DNA of 63,969 nt, counting the filler, from Choristocarpus tenellus KU-1152 (lineage: Eukaryota > Protista > Phaeophyceae), in assembly GCA_964200185.2 (NCBI GenBank). It is 8 parts of 8 records of this genome, joined end to end, with 100 filler letters (N's around TTAATTAATTAA, not from the genome) between each part and the next. Parts side by side here need not be neighbours in the genome. Positions count along the whole stretch, not along the records: positions 60,488 to 63,969 come from CAXNAD020019732.1; 7 more parts are not named here. One strand, 5' to 3'. The first letter of the stretch is position 1, and every line of letters begins with the position of its first letter. This document shows, one piece after another, positions 62,515 to 63,969 of this stretch. Both the position numbers and the translations under genes were made by a program. The notes below the pieces were generated by a model. That model made no database searches. It was given only the letters and a program-made list of their open reading frames with translations, and was not told where the DNA came from.

Positions 62515-63969
62515 TGGCTGATCTGTGAATGAAGGTGGTAATCAGGTCGACTAGCTTGGGGACATACTGATTTTAAAATACACTTTTCTTTCCTCCTAGA
62601 CTTGGGCTTAGGGTTGGAAAATTTGAGAACATTGCATAAAGAAAGTATTGAAAGGTGACTGAGGGCAAAGACCAAACCTTTGGTACATTGCATTGAATGC
62701 TGCTCTTCTTCAGTTGAGGATCGGGTTGTTTTTTCACTGGAAAGTGTGATCGTTGTGTTGCACTACAGCATCATCTTTTGACTGCTCCAATGTGTTGGGC
62801 AAGAGTGGGCAGAGCCCAGTTCAGCAGAACATACTGTCTTCAGCATCTGGCTATGTGCCAGTGATGATATAATTTGCCAGAATGCGCCCATATGTTTTGT
62901 TTTTGGCTTTTGTTACCATTTTTAGCAGAGAGTCAAATTTTGCACCCAATGAGATAGGTGCCTCAGCCAAAGACACCCTACTTCATTTCACGACATCACC
63001 AAACTTATTGTGGGTCCAAGGCATGATACCTGCCTGAGGTAGAGATGCACATCCAAAAACAAAATTTGGGACTACAAGGAATGGGCCATCAAAATCAGCA
63101 CAAAAATGTTCTTCACCCGATACTTGATATGACAGTGCAGGTCATGTGCAGTTTGAGTAGCCTTTGGCTTGACGTGAGTCCTGGTACACAAGACCTTGCA
63201 CATGTTTATAGCATGCTATATGTGCGTACAGAGGTTTTGGCTGCACAAAATGATTATTGGGTAGGTGTTTGGTACGTGTGGGTGAGCCAGGTGACTCAAG
63301 ATCTGTGTCGGTTGCAGGCTGTGAGAGAGGAGAATGGCGGGTGGGTATTAGACACCAAAAGGGCATAAGCATCAGCACGGAACTTGGTGCACCTCCTAAC
63401 AGGAAAGATACCTATGTATGTGTACGGAATATACAAACTTTAGGGGGCTACTGCCGTGTAGAGTTCCCTTCCAGAAAGACTTTGTCAATGATGTGGTTGA
63501 AAGGGATGTAGGAAATAGTATCAGAGGAGTACCAAATCGAATGATTGGTTCCTTGTCATTCAGAAATCCACCACGCCTTCATGGTCATTTTGCAGTTCCG
63601 TACTAAGCACTTTCTTGTGCCATGCTCAAGAAATGGAAGGATACGTTTAGATGTCTCTACTACATACAATACTCCTCCCCGGATCATTTGCTCTGGATAG
63701 CAAGATCACATGTTATCTTTTGTAGAAAAATGAACTGTGTGTAGGGGATGTCTTACAGAGGAGGTAAAAGAAAGGGGGGGGTTTTAACCTGGCTTGTTGG
63801 TTCCGCTTGTTCTCATCTATGATTGTGGTTGATTGAATACAGAAGCCAAACTAAAGTCAGCAGGGTTGGGGAGAGGTATTGATTGAAATATTATTCGCAT
63901 GCTGTTGAACAACATACTAACGAATTGTTGGGTCAAAGTATCAGAAGGGGGGGGGGTGGTTTGTGAGGG

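Overview
Eukaryotic, intron-rich, repeat-rich DNA. It is most consistent with a photosynthetic stramenopile such as a brown alga (inference from interstitial TTAGGG repeats, a signal-peptide+'G|FMP' plastid-type presequence and an aroA/EPSPS terminal exon). The window is not one locus. It is a pseudomolecule of 8 short contigs (1-6059, 6160-21202, 21303-28512, 28613-33229, 33330-41085, 41186-48928, 49029-60387, 60488-63969) joined by 100-nt N/TTAATTAATTAA/N linkers, so adjacency across linkers means nothing. Supported host genes are a multi-exon PHD-finger protein (43289-46402,+), the last exon of EPSP synthase (62392-62514,+), a multi-exon unknown gene (10587->~7340,-), a probable plastid-targeted protein whose second exon is tandemly duplicated (25210-28512,+) and three in-phase exons of another unknown gene (35542-41050,+). 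Mobile DNA includes decayed Ty1/Copia elements, a probable Ty3/Gypsy gag-protease relic, a DD39D-type mariner with a Stowaway-type TIR, and at least three related MITE subfamilies sharing GASYCAAAGTA termini whose poly-G tracts coincide with many assembly breaks. The best candidate for something undescribed is an unclassified element family marked by arrays of a ~40-bp hairpin motif (CCCTGACA-N11-TGTCAGAGGGCATAATAATA) that bracket short decayed ORF cassettes, together with several kb-scale intron-poor ORF relics I cannot assign to any known family. No CRISPR, rRNA or convincing tRNA was seen, and no complete novel system can be established from sequence alone.
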